Assembly (NCBI GenBank): GCA_002189035.1
Contig: NEEC01000004.1
Coordinates: 1-64,000 of the forward strand
Reading direction: 5' to 3'
Source: Utricularia gibba
Taxonomy: Eukaryota; Plantae; Magnoliophyta
Length of the DNA stretch: 64,000 nucleotides
In this document: piece by piece, positions 1 to 13,219 of the stretch
Layout of the letters: each line of letters opens with the position of its first letter
Numbering within the stretch: the first letter of the stretch is position 1
Program-made: the position numbers and the translations under genes
Notes under the pieces: generated by a model
The model's input: the letters and a program-made list of their open reading frames with translations, nothing else
What the model was told of the DNA's origin: nothing
Database searches by the model: none

Positions 1-604
1 GCAAAAGCTCCTTGAGCAATTTGAGGTTACCGCCCTCGCGGCGGCATGAAGAGCCCTATTCATGATTTCCAGCCTGTACGCCGACGGAATCGCGTCCCCG
101 ATTTGGTCCCCAAGGCGAGGAAAGGCCGCGAAATCGAGAACAATTCTGAAGACCTCCGTATTTTTGCTCCTCGCGGCGGCGTAAAGAATATCCGTAACCC
201 CATATTCACCTTCCCGAACACCAATAACGGATCTCGCCCCAATAGTTCCTGTACAAAACCCAAATCCCCGCAGAAGCCGCCGTGTAAAGAAGCCAACCGC
301 CATATCCGCCACCATTTAATGGATCCTTCCCCTCTTTGCCCTGACACTCAATCAATAGATTCCTCGCCACCTCCGACCTGCACTTGGCGACATTCTGAAA
401 CTGCGCCTCGTCGTCCCAAACAGTCTCCAGTCTCCGGATTCTGCGAAGGGACGTCAGTTTGATGAGGTTGTTAGCGTCCAGTCGGATAAGTTCACGCACG
501 ACGTCGTAATGCCCATTCGCCGCCGCCCAATCCACCGGAGACACGTACCACCACTGGTCCCCCGTGCTCTCCCATCTCAGCGGAAAGTTCATGGGCAGAG
601 ACAT
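1..604 (-). CDS. Ankyrin-repeat protein (plant FPLRWESTGDQWW family), 5' part; runs off the window start; three apparent -1 frameshifts
   Basis: ATG at 604. Reads FPLRWESTGDQWWYVSPVDWAAANGHYDVVRELIRLD...GYGGWLLYTAASAG, then continues in shifted frames as DLGFVQELLGRDPLLVFG, EGEYGVTDILYAAARSKNTEVFR and NRALHAAARG/GNLKLLKELL, which are ankyrin repeats. Confidence 0.9.
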
Positions 605-1664
605 TTTCTCTCCGTGGTGCTGGTGATGAATCGAAAAGGTTCAACAAGGCAACCGCTGGCGCTGGCTGCACAAATCCGATCGCCCCCACTTTAATGACCA
701 ATTAAGTGCATGATGTGTAAGATACGTCAGATTTCCTTTCAATTACTTTCCCCCTTACAAAACGGATAAGAAAAGAAAACTTCCAAAGTCCTCCGGTCAC
801 TTTTGGGCGGCGGCTGCCGGAAAGGCCACCGGTAGTCCCCCACCCGCACCACTTTATTGCTTGATAACTGCCTATCCCTTATCTGCACAATTTGTGCATT
901 ATTTATTATTTTTTAACTTTTAATTCGATTAAAAAAAGGTTAAATAACAAATTAGTGATTCCAAATAAATAAATGCGAGATTTTTTAATTGAATGGGATA
1001 TTCTCCAATGGCATCATGCCGCCTGCCTGCCATTTGCAATAAAGTTACTTTATACCAATTCTCAAAAGTACCCCCGACATTTCCACGTGGGGCACGGGGT
1101 AAATATTCCCAAACCGGGTTCGGAGTTTGTTATGAACCGGGAATAAGACATATATGTATATATATATTAATAATATTATGATATATTTAATTATAATGGA
1201 TAAATAATCACATTAAATAATAATATATATTAATTGTATGTAAATTAAAATACACTATATGAACTTTAATGGAGGACCAAACATTATTTAATTAAATTTA
1301 TGATGCGTGTTTTTGCATGATTGGTGGTTGCCGTGTCTTAATAAAAAGGGGCGAGGAGCACGTGATCCCCTCCCACCTCTAAACCTGTCGACGATGAACC
1401 ACTTCGCCGGCCCCAAATTCATCACAATCCTGCCCTAATTCCTCGCTTCTGATCTATGAAAACGAGATGGGATTAGTCGAAAACTTGTGAAGCAGAAAAT
1501 GCCCGCCCGATGTGATGGAAAAAGCAGGAATGAAGAAGACGACGAGGAGGGGGCGGGCCCCTTGCCTTTAGGACAAGTCGCAACCGAGCGTGGGACGTGT
1601 CGCATTCTCTCGGATCGGGGGCACAGCCGTCGGATGACAGGAGCTGGCTAGTGGTAAGTAATCT

Positions 1665-1690
1665 CAGCCGCAACCGCAACCGCAACCGCA
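1665..1690. repeat. (CGCAAC)n hexanucleotide microsatellite, about 4 units
   Basis: Direct reading: cagccgcaaccgcaaccgcaaccgcaag. Confidence 0.85.
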
Positions 1691-2723
1691 AGCAAGCCGC
1701 GCTGTCCTAGGGAGAAATGGATGCTCCGAGCGCCATGTGCTCCTAAAGCATGCTTCCCTTCTTTTGTGCACTGTGTCCATGTGGCCTGCACTCGCCTTGC
1801 GCTGAACGAATCGAATGCCATTTATTGGATACACGACTCCTCTGTATCAGAATTATTGACAGTGGGGTTGGGCAGTGCTCATTCTGACACACGGTAACAT
1901 GTTTTCAGACGACGACATTGAACACATCCAGTTTAACTTCTGCTGAGGATGTTTTCAGGGACTACACTCGCTTGCTGGAATTAACGCCATAGCCTTACAG
2001 TGAAATTCGATGGGCTCGTGAGTGTTTAATTTTTAAAAATGGGTTAAGGTCCAATTCTCCCCATGGACTTGGCCCACACTTTCCCATGACTGGTTTTTGA
2101 TGGGGCTCCGATAAGAGATGATCGGAATAAAAAAAGAAAGCATGTTGACTAGAATACTGGTAAGTTCCACGGACAATGACACGTGATGGTTCAGAAAGAC
2201 ACGGCAGAAGACCCACAAAGCTGGGACTTCATCTTGGTTGAGAGCCTCACCTTGGTGAAGAGCCAGTCTGTCTGTCGGCAGCCGTGGACTCGCATCACAC
2301 AGAAGGGGAGATCAAGAGGGGTAAACCTTGCAAGCTGGCGAAGAATCAAAGGGCTGCGCCGAGCTGGGTGAATAGAGTGCAGCAAGTGGTGCTCCAAAGT
2401 TTCCTGGGATCACACCTCACAGATAAATGGTTCTCGTGGTTAGGCTGAACAGTGCAAGAGTCACTTCAGGGGGTTCTCTGCGCAGGCACACTCCTCGCAG
2501 CTTTCTGGTCACATCTCATGCTACTCATCTCGCATTTCATGTCTTCTGCTACGTCTTCCGAATCCCCTTTACAGCACGGCGATAGTAATCTCTTTCGCAA
2601 GAACAACTATGGATGGTAATCTGTCTCTCCACAGCTGAATAGGGGCATCAGTATTTATGAGAAATCCATGCCAAGTAACTCCGTTCGCAGGAAAACCAGG
2701 CTTCGGGGAACCAGCTTACTTGT

Positions 2724-4502
2724 TCATATCAACAAACAGATGGAATATAACATACTGATCATGCTTCTAGCAACGATGTCACCCCTGAATGTGGCAACAA
2801 CAGAAACTAGGCACTCCCAAGTCATATCCGTTAAGGTCCAGCAGGGGATGCAAAGTGGCTCCAGAAAAAAGGTTTCCACATATGGTCTGTCCACCAAACA
2901 GCAGCCGCAGTGGACACATCGAGGAATGCAGCATATGCAAGCTCTGCAGACGGTGGAATTGATCTTGGCTGGGCAGTTCTCTGCAGGACAGTCATACACT
3001 TGACTAGGCCGCTGACATCTTGGACATATTTCAATGTCTATAACACGCTCATCTTCCAGGGAAAGATACACTTCTCCATCACGAAAAAATCTTGGTTTAT
3101 AGTTTTCACATTGCCTTTTCCCATTATCACCTAAAAGAAGCTTAAAATCATTGAAGAGCTGTTCTGTCAAACCATTTAGGTTGCCAATCCTCAACTTTTT
3201 TATACCCGGCTGGGCAGCAGAGTTGAAGATCTTTATTGTCTCATAAACACTTCCAACAGTGAGTTTCATACATCCTGCCACATTTAACTGCACCACAAAA
3301 GTAGATACCATATTAGAACTCCTCGCTAGAGAACATATCCTGGTGTAGAAATAGGATGAAACTTGTTCCAATAAATTCTAAGGCTTGAAAAACTAATATA
3401 ATAACGGTGACAAGCCTTAAGATTTTTTAAATCTTCTTATCTGCAAAGCGATTCATAAATAAAACGTGTAGTAACATTAATGACCAATTATTCTTAAATC
3501 CATGCATCACCAGCGATATAAGAAATTAAGAATGGCATGTGGTAACAGCAACATCGACAAACACAAAGCGCCTTCCATATATTTAATTTAAAAAAGGAAG
3601 AAGTAAAGAAAAGGAAACAGTAATCATTAAAAAAGAGATCTTGGAAACATAGTCAGACCTTGGTCAGTCGTGCATTGGCTTGGAGTACGTGTCTCAGACC
3701 AGAAATAGTGATTTTCGGACACTTCACAAGGCTCAAGCTGTGAAGTGTACCCTGAGCTCTATTTGTTAGTTTCAAAAGAGCACTATCTGTAATCAAATCA
3801 GAAAAAGGATGGCCAATAGCAATATTTCTCCAAAGGGAGGATTATCCCGAACAGCATCATTCAATCTCTTGCAAATGCGTTCAACTGTAAACAACTCCTT
3901 GATGCTAAGATAGCCAAGAGAAAAAGTATAGCATCCACCTGAGAACCTTCCTCATCAGAACTGAAACTCCTCCTATCGTCATGTTCACACTTTTCACAAT
4001 CAAATAGCATAAAATCCTTCATTTCACTAGAGAGTGACTTGTGATCACTGCTTGCTTCATCTTCCTCGTGCATCATTGAATCAGCATCGACCACCACATT
4101 TTTTATTTCCTCTTCAGGAGTAGGCAAACTAAAATTGACTTTTGCAACACATTCATCATCTTCGAATCCATCTTCAATAGTACCCCTATCTTTCTCCTTC
4201 TGGGATGTTTGCAACCCAAAATCCTTGATCCAATCACCAACAGAAGACACAGTGGTCTCTATACTGAAATCCATCCCAAAAGGATCCACAGGGAGACTGA
4301 TGTTGAAATCTATAGTAAAATCGTTGGGTAAATTTATGCTCACCTCCATTCCAAAAGGATCGCTAGGCAGCAAATCATCGAAATTGAAGGAATCCCCATC
4401 TAATTTTGTATCCTCACCATTCACCGAATTCTTTATTTCAGGATCTCTTCGTTCCTGCTTTAAACACCGCCCACTCACATTCTCCTCTAGATGTACCACC
4501 AT
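2724..4502 (-). CDS. SKIP14: F-box protein SKIP14-like (RNI-like), 2 coding exons (4502-3659 and about 3290-2724); two apparent -1 frameshifts in the F-box
   Basis: LLPSDPFGM motif. F-box DAILF(S)LGYLSIKELFTVERICKRLNDAVRDNP(P)LWRNI. LRR-like ITDSALLKLTNRAQGTLHSLSLVKCPKIT. C-terminal Cys-rich DIEICPRCQ...YDCPAENC...CRACICCIPRCVHCGCC. Confidence 0.85.
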
Positions 4503-5363
4503 ATCTTGCCCACTTGAAAAGACAAAAACAAGACGGAGCAAAATTTACACCGATGGCCAGAATGACACTAGAAAGACCCGATTTTCAACTCCAAACCCTC
4601 AAACAAAGAACAATTCGGCTGCAACCCCTTTCCATACGGCCAATGAACCACGAAAAATCGGCTCCAATCTTTCTCCTTTTTCCAAAATACCAGATCCTCA
4701 ATCCGAAATGGATAAAACCCAAAAACAATCACGGTAACGGACGACAGAACTCCACAAGGGCAAAGCAATAAATGGATACGAGAACCATCGAACGAACACG
4801 CAAACAAAAAAAAAAAAAAACGAACACGAAATCAGGCAGCGGACTCCGCTATTTCTGCTGCGCATACAAATCCAATAACAGGTTTGCCCTTTGAAACGCT
4901 CAATGCAGCGGAATGGTGGCAGAATACCACCGAAAAAGCGCCTTAAATGAACGCAGACGTTCGAATAGCGCCCAAACCGGAAGAAAAGAGCGAATTCAGA
5001 GGAATTAGGTTGTCATCGTGGGACGAGACGCGAGACGCGTGGAATCCTTTAGAAAATTGATGAGAATATAATTTTTATCATTAGTTTTGACTGATTTATT
5101 CAAATTAATTTATTCTCCACAATTAATTACTAAAGAATCAAAACACTCACAAACTCGGTCAAATTAAAAAAAAAAATCAGTCACTTTTAGGATATTTAAA
5201 ATAAATAAGTAATTTTGACCAATTCTGATTTCGAATCTACTCTCTCATCAAATAATAAATAAATAAATAAATGCCATTGTTGTAGTATTAAGTAACTGAG
5301 GGGAAAAAGCAGTCAGCTTCAAAAATGATTGAAAATCAGATAAGAGGAACTCTCAAAAAATGT

Positions 5364-8300
5364 TCAGTGGGAGTGTTTTTTGGATCTGTGGCGCGTCTCT
5401 CCCGTTTTGTTTCTGTGCCTCGTCCCCATGATCCTACAGCTGAATGAGAGCACTCCAACTGCCGCCATTGCATAGAACACTCTGTAGGGAGCTGATGCCA
5501 AGGCGCACACAAAGCAGAAATGTCCGGCCAGGAGATAGCAGACAAGCCTCACTCTGAGCTCCCACCGGGGAGTCACCTGCGTTCCCAACGAAAATGGACC
5601 TGATTCGGGGATAGAATGGCTCAAGCCATGGAGAATGATGCCGATACAAAGTGTAGAATCCTCGAGAGGAGGCAGGGTTTTGCCAGTTCCGGCACGCTGC
5701 AAATAGGGGAAGGATTGTTTAAATGTTGTAGTATGGTAGTGCATGTGGGAGATTTCATGTACCTGAAACCTGGCCACGAGAGAAGGTAGAAGCATAAGGA
5801 ATCCGAGTAAATGCAGGAGAAGTATGCCATGTTGGTGGTGAAAGATCTCCAACTGAGTTTCATTGTAGCTCCTTGCAGATTCTGAACTGGCAATACCATC
5901 TGTATCAGATATATTGTTATCGCCCTCGTTTTGAGATGCATAAAGCTGCTCATTGGTACAACGGCTGCGAAGTGAAGCCATCAGAGAACTGTGTACAGAC
6001 AGGCAATATCAGAAACGGGCGACAGGATTGAGGTCAATGAATCTAAGTGCTAAGGAATAAAAATAAGCTGATGCCTGGAGAGAGCGCCATGGCACTGTGA
6101 AGCATGTGACAAGAGTAATGCAAAGAGACCCAACGCTGGATGTACAAGACAGATGAGGACTATGGCAATGGCACTGGTAAAATGGATCGCATTCATTCTG
6201 AGTACTCTTATAATCTGCACAAATGAAAAAATGAAGATTTGTACAATCAAATCTGGATAATCCAGTAACATTCCTAAACGAGATGGGCGGAAACATCCAT
6301 AAAAATAAATTCTACATAAGGTTACCTTTACTGATACGAATCTGAACCAAAAATTGATAAGCCATCGAACACAAGGAAAACTCATATTCCCTTCCTTTAA
6401 CTGCCAACTGCATTTTTTTTTAATCCAAAGGATCTCATTCATTTGATTACAAAATAATAATGGAACGGCATGCAATGAAGTGCATGAACACAAGGAAGAA
6501 TAAAAACATGTGCTGATGTACAGATCGACTAACCTTTTCTTTATTGATACATGGAAATTTCCGGAGACAAAGAAAAACAATTGGGAGAGTAGTGTTAGCA
6601 AAACTACTATGCCATTTGCAACAATATAGCATAGGATTGAAACAATACAAAAGGTTGTAGTTGGAGGTGAAGAGTGAAAGATGAGAAAAGATAAGAGCAA
6701 AATGAGAGCAATGGGAATTGCAACGAGGAGCAAAAATGTCCTTGAGTTGCTCATATTTGATTCAATAGCAGAAAGAACTGAAGGTATAGGCTTATCAAGA
6801 TCCCGTGCATAAGTCTGGCACATCAGAGCAAAAAAGATGACTGCAAAGCAAAGTCCACATATCTGCATGGTTTTTGATCCATTAGAGAAATAATGAAAGC
6901 AACTCAGAGAATTTGCAAAGAAGAGAAACATACATTTAACAGTAATATGTGCCAAAAGTAAATGGGTAGGAAAGTGAAATAAAATATAACGCCTCATTTT
7001 GAAGTTTTGAGAAATAGCGGTTAAAAAATTCAGACCCATGAACCAGAATGAAGTCTATGATGGTAAAGAGCTTTAAATATTACCCTTGGAAAATATAACA
7101 TCAAGAATCTACCCACTGCGCTACCAAGAGAAACACCAAAAGTAGCTTTATATGAACAGAGTGGATCAGCCTGCAGATGTCAGGGAACCAAAAACTATTA
7201 GGATGAGCACAAGGAATACTAAGAAACCCAAAAACAGATGGAGGTTTCCTTGTTAAATGAAAAGATTAACGGTGAGTACAAGTATCAGCACAGTTGTTTT
7301 GTCAGTGTCTTGAGAAGAAGTCAAAAAGCCAGGAGAAGAATCCACAACAAGTGTCTCAGACTGCAAATTTGGGTAGACATGCAAACCAGATGTTCCATCC
7401 CAAGCAAGTGCCACAGGGGGGAAACAGCGAAGTTTACAGAGTTCTGCACCGAAAACATAAGTCACGGGAGGAGGAATAAAAAGAAAGGAAGTGATAGATT
7501 CTATAGGGACTATGACCCCGTCAGAACTATTGAGTCCTTCAACCCACTTAGGACTCAATATACAGTTTTTTATTTCTCTATTAATCTTTATAAGTTCCAA
7601 ACAAACATTGATCACTAAGGGAACTCATAACTCATGAGGGTGAATAAACACTCACTATTAACTCATCAATCACCTGATTCTTCCACAACATAATCATTCT
7701 TCTTAATTCCACATCCAGTTGTTGTTAGGGATAATGAAAGAGGTAGCAGACCAATGCTAATAGAGAGCATAATATTTACAGCAAGAGGATGATCCTCCTC
7801 CATATTCAAATCCTGAAAACCAAAAGTAATCAGGTTTTATCCTATACCAGATTAATGTAGCAAACAGGTTCATCTTTGTAACTATCATTAAGAATTGAAA
7901 GCAGAACCTTCTCTGAGTATAACGTCTGAAACAGCATGCTGGGGAAAATATGTGGTTTCCACCGTTGGTTTCAAAAAACTGTCCTATTCCCATTGAAGCT
8001 GCTGGCGGAGGTCCACCTGAAACAACCTGAGAACAGAATTTAAGATCTAACATTTGGAGGCTGAGTAATAGGGCAGGAATCCTGTTAGTTTAAGGGACAG
8101 AGTGATGCCATTACATAGTGAAGCTATGAATATTTCAGTAAAGTCATTGGTTTTCATTCAGTCAACTCACGTGGTAAGATTTCTATGCTTAACTTGCTTC
8201 AAAAGCAAATAGCATCCAAATTTTTTTGTTCTTTGATTTTTTATTTTTTATTATTATTTTTTTTTTTGTGATACGCATGCCAACCTCAGTAAACGACTAA

Positions 8301-11300
8301 AAATATTTAAAATCTTGGGACAGCTTTATAAAATTATACAAGAAAATTATGTCTTATGGAACCTGAAAAATGGGACGTCCATTAGGAAAAAAAACCAGCA
8401 ATTATCAATCAAGATATGTGTAAAAACTTCAAAGATGAGATGTACCAGATGAGCCACTGAAATTGTCAGGAACCTGAAGCCATCCATGTCCTGAGGATCC
8501 AACCAAAAAACAGCAGAAGGAGGGGCTTGCTCTGTTTGGCTGCCTGGCTCAATCTTGCGGAATAAGCACAAGAAGTCAAGGCCAAGAGTACCCTAAGTCT
8601 CTTATGGAAGAGAATAATGTGATAGGCCATACCTGCTTGGGAGAAGGTCGGGAGGGAATTGGGACCATTTTTGATGTGATATCAACGACGCCTTTTTTCG
8701 AAAAAGATATTGAAGCTGAAGTATTTCTTTCAGGCCAGAGATGGAGCCTTACACCAGAACAAGGTGAAAGGTTTGTGACAAAAACAAAGTGGTTTTTCCT
8801 ACCTGGATCCTGTACGATAATCTCTTTGAATCCTTCTTAAATGAAGACACCATACTATTATGAAAGGAAATTTTTGGTCCTCTTTTAGATTGATGGTTCA
8901 AATGTATATCATATGAAATTTCGTTGATAAATAAGAATCTCTAAAAATTTTGAAGTGGATTTTTAAGACAAATTTCGCATTGCAAGACTATCATGACTCA
9001 AAGTAATAAAGAATAAAAAAAAAGATGATGAACACACTAACTGAACTTTACCAGTTTCTCAAAGTCCAACCACCGTCTTCTTCCATCCCTTGCCAAAATA
9101 ATGAGTGTCTTTATTTGGATGTGAATGTCTCTTTGTTTCCCATCTTCAATCCAGTGAGCATTATTCGGGCATTTTGGGGCATCAGAAATCCTCAAGTCTG
9201 ATTTATTTTAAAATGTCTAGGAGTTCTTAAAGAGTATCATACCACAAATATGAAGAATATAACGAAAATTACAAGACTCCAATTAGAGGCAGAGTAGCGT
9301 ATATAAAAGCCAAAAGGGATGAACGAGATTAGCATAAATAAAACCAGGAAACCATAAATGAGGAGCCTCAAGTCTTGTAAACACTGGTTGACCATATAAT
9401 GGGGATAAATAGCAGATTGAAGTATTTTTCAGGTAAGCTTCACATTAAATTACCCGGAATTAATCGTGCATTATTTGAAAGATTGTTGGTCTTTTGGGCC
9501 AGGTGTGGTTGCCACTTTGAGATGAAGCTTCTTGGGATTCCATTCTGAAGCATTTTGGAAAAAATTCCAAGTCTTTTCTCTGCATCAGCGATAGGTTGGC
9601 CTGTCTTCATATCTATCAAGCTGAGGAGAGTGTGTGAGACCTGCATTTACAGTAGGAATTCCAGATCAACGAATCTAGTGAAAAAGACAAGTTCAGTTAA
9701 TTGAAAATAACTTACCTGCACGACAAGCTGATTGCACCACAAGATAACCTGATGCTCCATTGACAACCAAACATTTTTCATACTCATGCTGCTGATCATA
9801 AATCCATGGGTTTCTGGAACAATTCCTTCAAGGGACTCCAAATTTGCACGAACCTAGGATCATAACGGCAATCTAAAACCATCTACTTCTATTTTTCAGG
9901 ATCAATAGAGCAAACCACATACTTGATGCCAAAAATTTTCAAATTGAAACAGTAACAGAAAATCCAAATGTTATTACCCGGTGAACACTTCACGTTCTCC
10001 AATATTTACCTGATAATCATTATGGCCACTAGAGATTGAGATGACAACAACATGAGAAAGGATGGGATCAGAAACGTAATATCCAGTGTTAGAGATCTGA
10101 GCCTTGTATCCTTTCCTCCATTCCAGATTCACACGTTTATAGTACTGGGCCAACGATGGTTGGAAAGCCACAGGAGGAGATCTGCATAAAAATGAGGAAA
10201 AACCATGAAAACCTGCAGGACAATGATAAACTGAAAATTTATTTTTTGAGATTCCATGTTTACTGGTGTGGACTTGAAAGTGTCACTATCGTTTCAACTG
10301 CATTCTTCCTCAAGTTCGGGTGCACTAAAGCAGCCCTTGCAACAAAACCACCCATAGAATGGCCGACTAATATCACACTTTTGGGTGGGCTACCAACAAC
10401 AGAAGCACCTTCTTTTCTTCGAGCATCATGGGATTCCTTATACTGATCCAAGATCTACATGCAGGACCATGACAGGAACGTAAACAAAGGTGACAGGATT
10501 AGCAGCATGAAGTTTTTTCTAACTTGGGATGTATAAAACGATTCCAGAACTTCTTCAAGGAAAGACAATTATTGAATGTGTGTGAGAGAGAGAGAGAGCA
10601 GTACTCTGTTGATGGAGTACACTACATATTCTGCATGTTCTTGAACTATATGAACATCCAGCGCAGAGTGTTCACCTTCAAGATCAACAGCAAACCAATC
10701 TAGCCTAGTATTATATATGTTGGGTAACGATATGTTCTTCAAGCTGGCACCCACTCCAGCCACAAAACTTGTGGAAGCGTGGAATGAGTTTGATTCAAGT
10801 GGTCCAGCGTGATACGCCCTATCTGATTCTGCTCCGAGGGATCTGACCTATGCCATTGCCAAAAAACATGAATAATGGTTCACCTCTTTGGGTTAGCGTG
10901 GTTGTCCAATATAAAATTTCATCTGCGGATCACTAAAAATTCTCAAAGAATACGAAAATGCCTTTGGATTACACAGCCATCGCGTAATTACATCAAAAAA
11001 AGTTTCCTCAAGCAGTTGCACACCTGTTTGTAGCTTCCACCATTTCCAGGGATAAACAAAACAGGAACGCCATTAAGTTTTTTAATGTGATCACTGAAAT
11101 CAATCCTTCTCCAGCCCTCATGGTATAAGTACAAACCATACTTCTTATAAGCACCATTTTCCGCCATAGGTATTGGAATGTATGTTGGATACATGTACGT
11201 CATGACACAACCATTTGAAATCGGCTTCGACAAATTGTACAGCCCCACGATTCCAATCCATAGGCAAATGATGACAACAAGAGCCAATCTTAATTTCTTC

Positions 11301-11344
11301 TTAGAAGGTCTCAGATCTGAGACACCTCTATCTGCCATCTTCAC
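5364..11344 (-). CDS. PGAP1: GPI inositol-deacylase (PGAP1/Bst1), multi-exon
   Basis: N-terminal TM plus NGCVMTYMYPTY and VPVLFIPGNGGSYKQ. Lipase nucleophile motif VILVGHSMGGFVARAA...TLSSPHQ. Multi-TM C-terminus ending RSKKHSH*. Confidence 0.95.
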
Positions 11345-12494
11345 TGATCACGAGCACACAGTTGAGTAATTGTTCATCCTACAACAACCACCAAGAGTTG
11401 AAATTGCCCATAGAAAATGGATGGTCGCAATACCAACTCCCGTGAAGTACAAAACAAGAATGGGCTAGTAATATCCATCATGAGCCATGGAGAACACCTC
11501 CCAAACACGACGAGACATCGCACAAGATTATAAGAACGACGAAAATGCATAGAATATTACCTAAAAAACTTGAACGAAAACACGAAACGAAACTACCTAA
11601 AAGAGAGAACTGAATTCATCCTTAGCGTCGAGGTGAAGATCGAGAACAGACAGAAGCGGGCGCGGTAAATAATTTTTTAACCGCGATGGAAGTTAATCAG
11701 TCACAGTTAAACAATTCAAAACACGGCCCCTATTGAAACAGTAAAAAGTCTTGTATTGTTTCCGAATATTTATTCGAACTATTTATACTTTCTTAAAAAT
11801 ATAAATTAGAAATAGAAATAATTTATAGAAATAGTAATGCTGTTACTTTTAATTTTTACTGTTAGTATAATTTGATTTTAGAAATATTTCTACTATAATT
11901 AAAAATATAAATTAATTATGTTTCCTGCGAAAATTATTTTTGTTATTTTAAAAGTAAAAATATTATCCAGAAATATTCAATAACATTGATTTAGTATTCT
12001 ATTTTTAAAAATTTCTAAAAATACTCAAATTCCAATGTTTACGAAAAAACTAATCGTACTGAACAGCGGTTGAGTTCATAGTTCTGAACTGCATTTCAAC
12101 TTCGTCTTCTTCATCTAACAACAGTTCTTTCTTTAACGTTTGAATTTCAAGTTCTAAGTAACTGAGCAGGAGACAGAGGAAACATCCCCCACCGAAATCT
12201 GGAAAGTTCATGTGCTGAACATTCAATAATGTTATGTTTTGGATTTTGTTTTTGCTTTGCTCCCTCCAGTTTTTGAGGCTGTGCATCTCTCAGTTGTATG
12301 CAACAACCTGACCTTAATGTAGGTTCATCTTGTTTAATTCATGGTTTTTCCTACGCCTCTGCTGTACCCAATGAAGCCACACAGACAACCAACGACACAA
12401 ACAAACAAATACACCCTTTAATTCTTCTGGAAATCTGTGGCGTCTCCACGTTTTCCAGAGCTATTGCAGTTTGAAAATGCTAAGAATCGTTTAG

Positions 12495-13025
12495 TCCTGG
12501 TGATGCATGACAGAGTCCTTTTCATAGGAGAGGTGGTCAGCATTTTCATCATCACACAAGAAGTATGTGGAAGCTTCTGATGCTTTAGCATCAAAAAATG
12601 AAGATGCACATCTTCATAATTTGAAAGATGTTATGGCCTATTCTGATAGCCATGTTTCAACTGCTCCTATTGATGGAAGTGGGCAAAATGATCATATTGA
12701 AAATCACGAAGAAGACTTGACCAAGCAGAATCCTCTTAGTGAGCCTCGAGTAAAGAAGACTTCTCTTAATGAGCAAAGAGAATGTAGATGGATCAAAAAA
12801 GAAATGGAAAGGCTTTTTCTAAAGGTGAAATCCATCCATCTCAAGCCCACCATTGGTATTCAACATGAGACCTCAAATGGATTGAGAAGAATTCCTGGCA
12901 CGTGGCTTTTGTCTTTACGCCAAGAACCGAAACCGTTACCTTATGTTATCGGGGCCCACCCCATGTTAGAACGCGACCTTATTTTTTTTGGTTACCGAAA
13001 GAGGAAAAAAAAACATGAACAATGA
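12495..13025 (+). pseudogene. Degenerate remnant of a WVD2-like/TPX2-family gene (SxSFGRFxxESLxWEKWSxF type)
   Basis: The frame of ORF 12567-13025 reads upstream as S-W-*-C-M-T-E-S-F-S-*-E-R-W-S-A-F-S-S-S-H-K-K-Y-V-E. This matches the recalled motif SFGRFMTESLSWERWSAFS-HKKYVEE, with TAG at 12525-12527 replacing the conserved Trp. The following GSVAQKKAFFEAHY block is absent. Confidence 0.6.
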
Positions 13026-13219
13026 ATAAGAATTACCAAAATTGGAAAAATGAAAATAGTTTTCCATAGAAAACTAATATAAAAATAACAGGAAATTATT
13101 TCCGTAAATAAAAAAAGCTTGAGCTAGGGTTTGCTTGTATTTATTTATTTATTCGCCCACCCTGACAACAGACTCATTTCACAAAATCGAAACTAAACTA
13201 ATCTTCTGCAAAAATTGGT

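Noticed and set aside
6050-7039. 329-aa ORF as a separate membrane-protein gene
   Set aside because: It is PGAP1 exons read through stop-free T-rich introns. The same artefact applies to ORF 59074-59724 in OTU.
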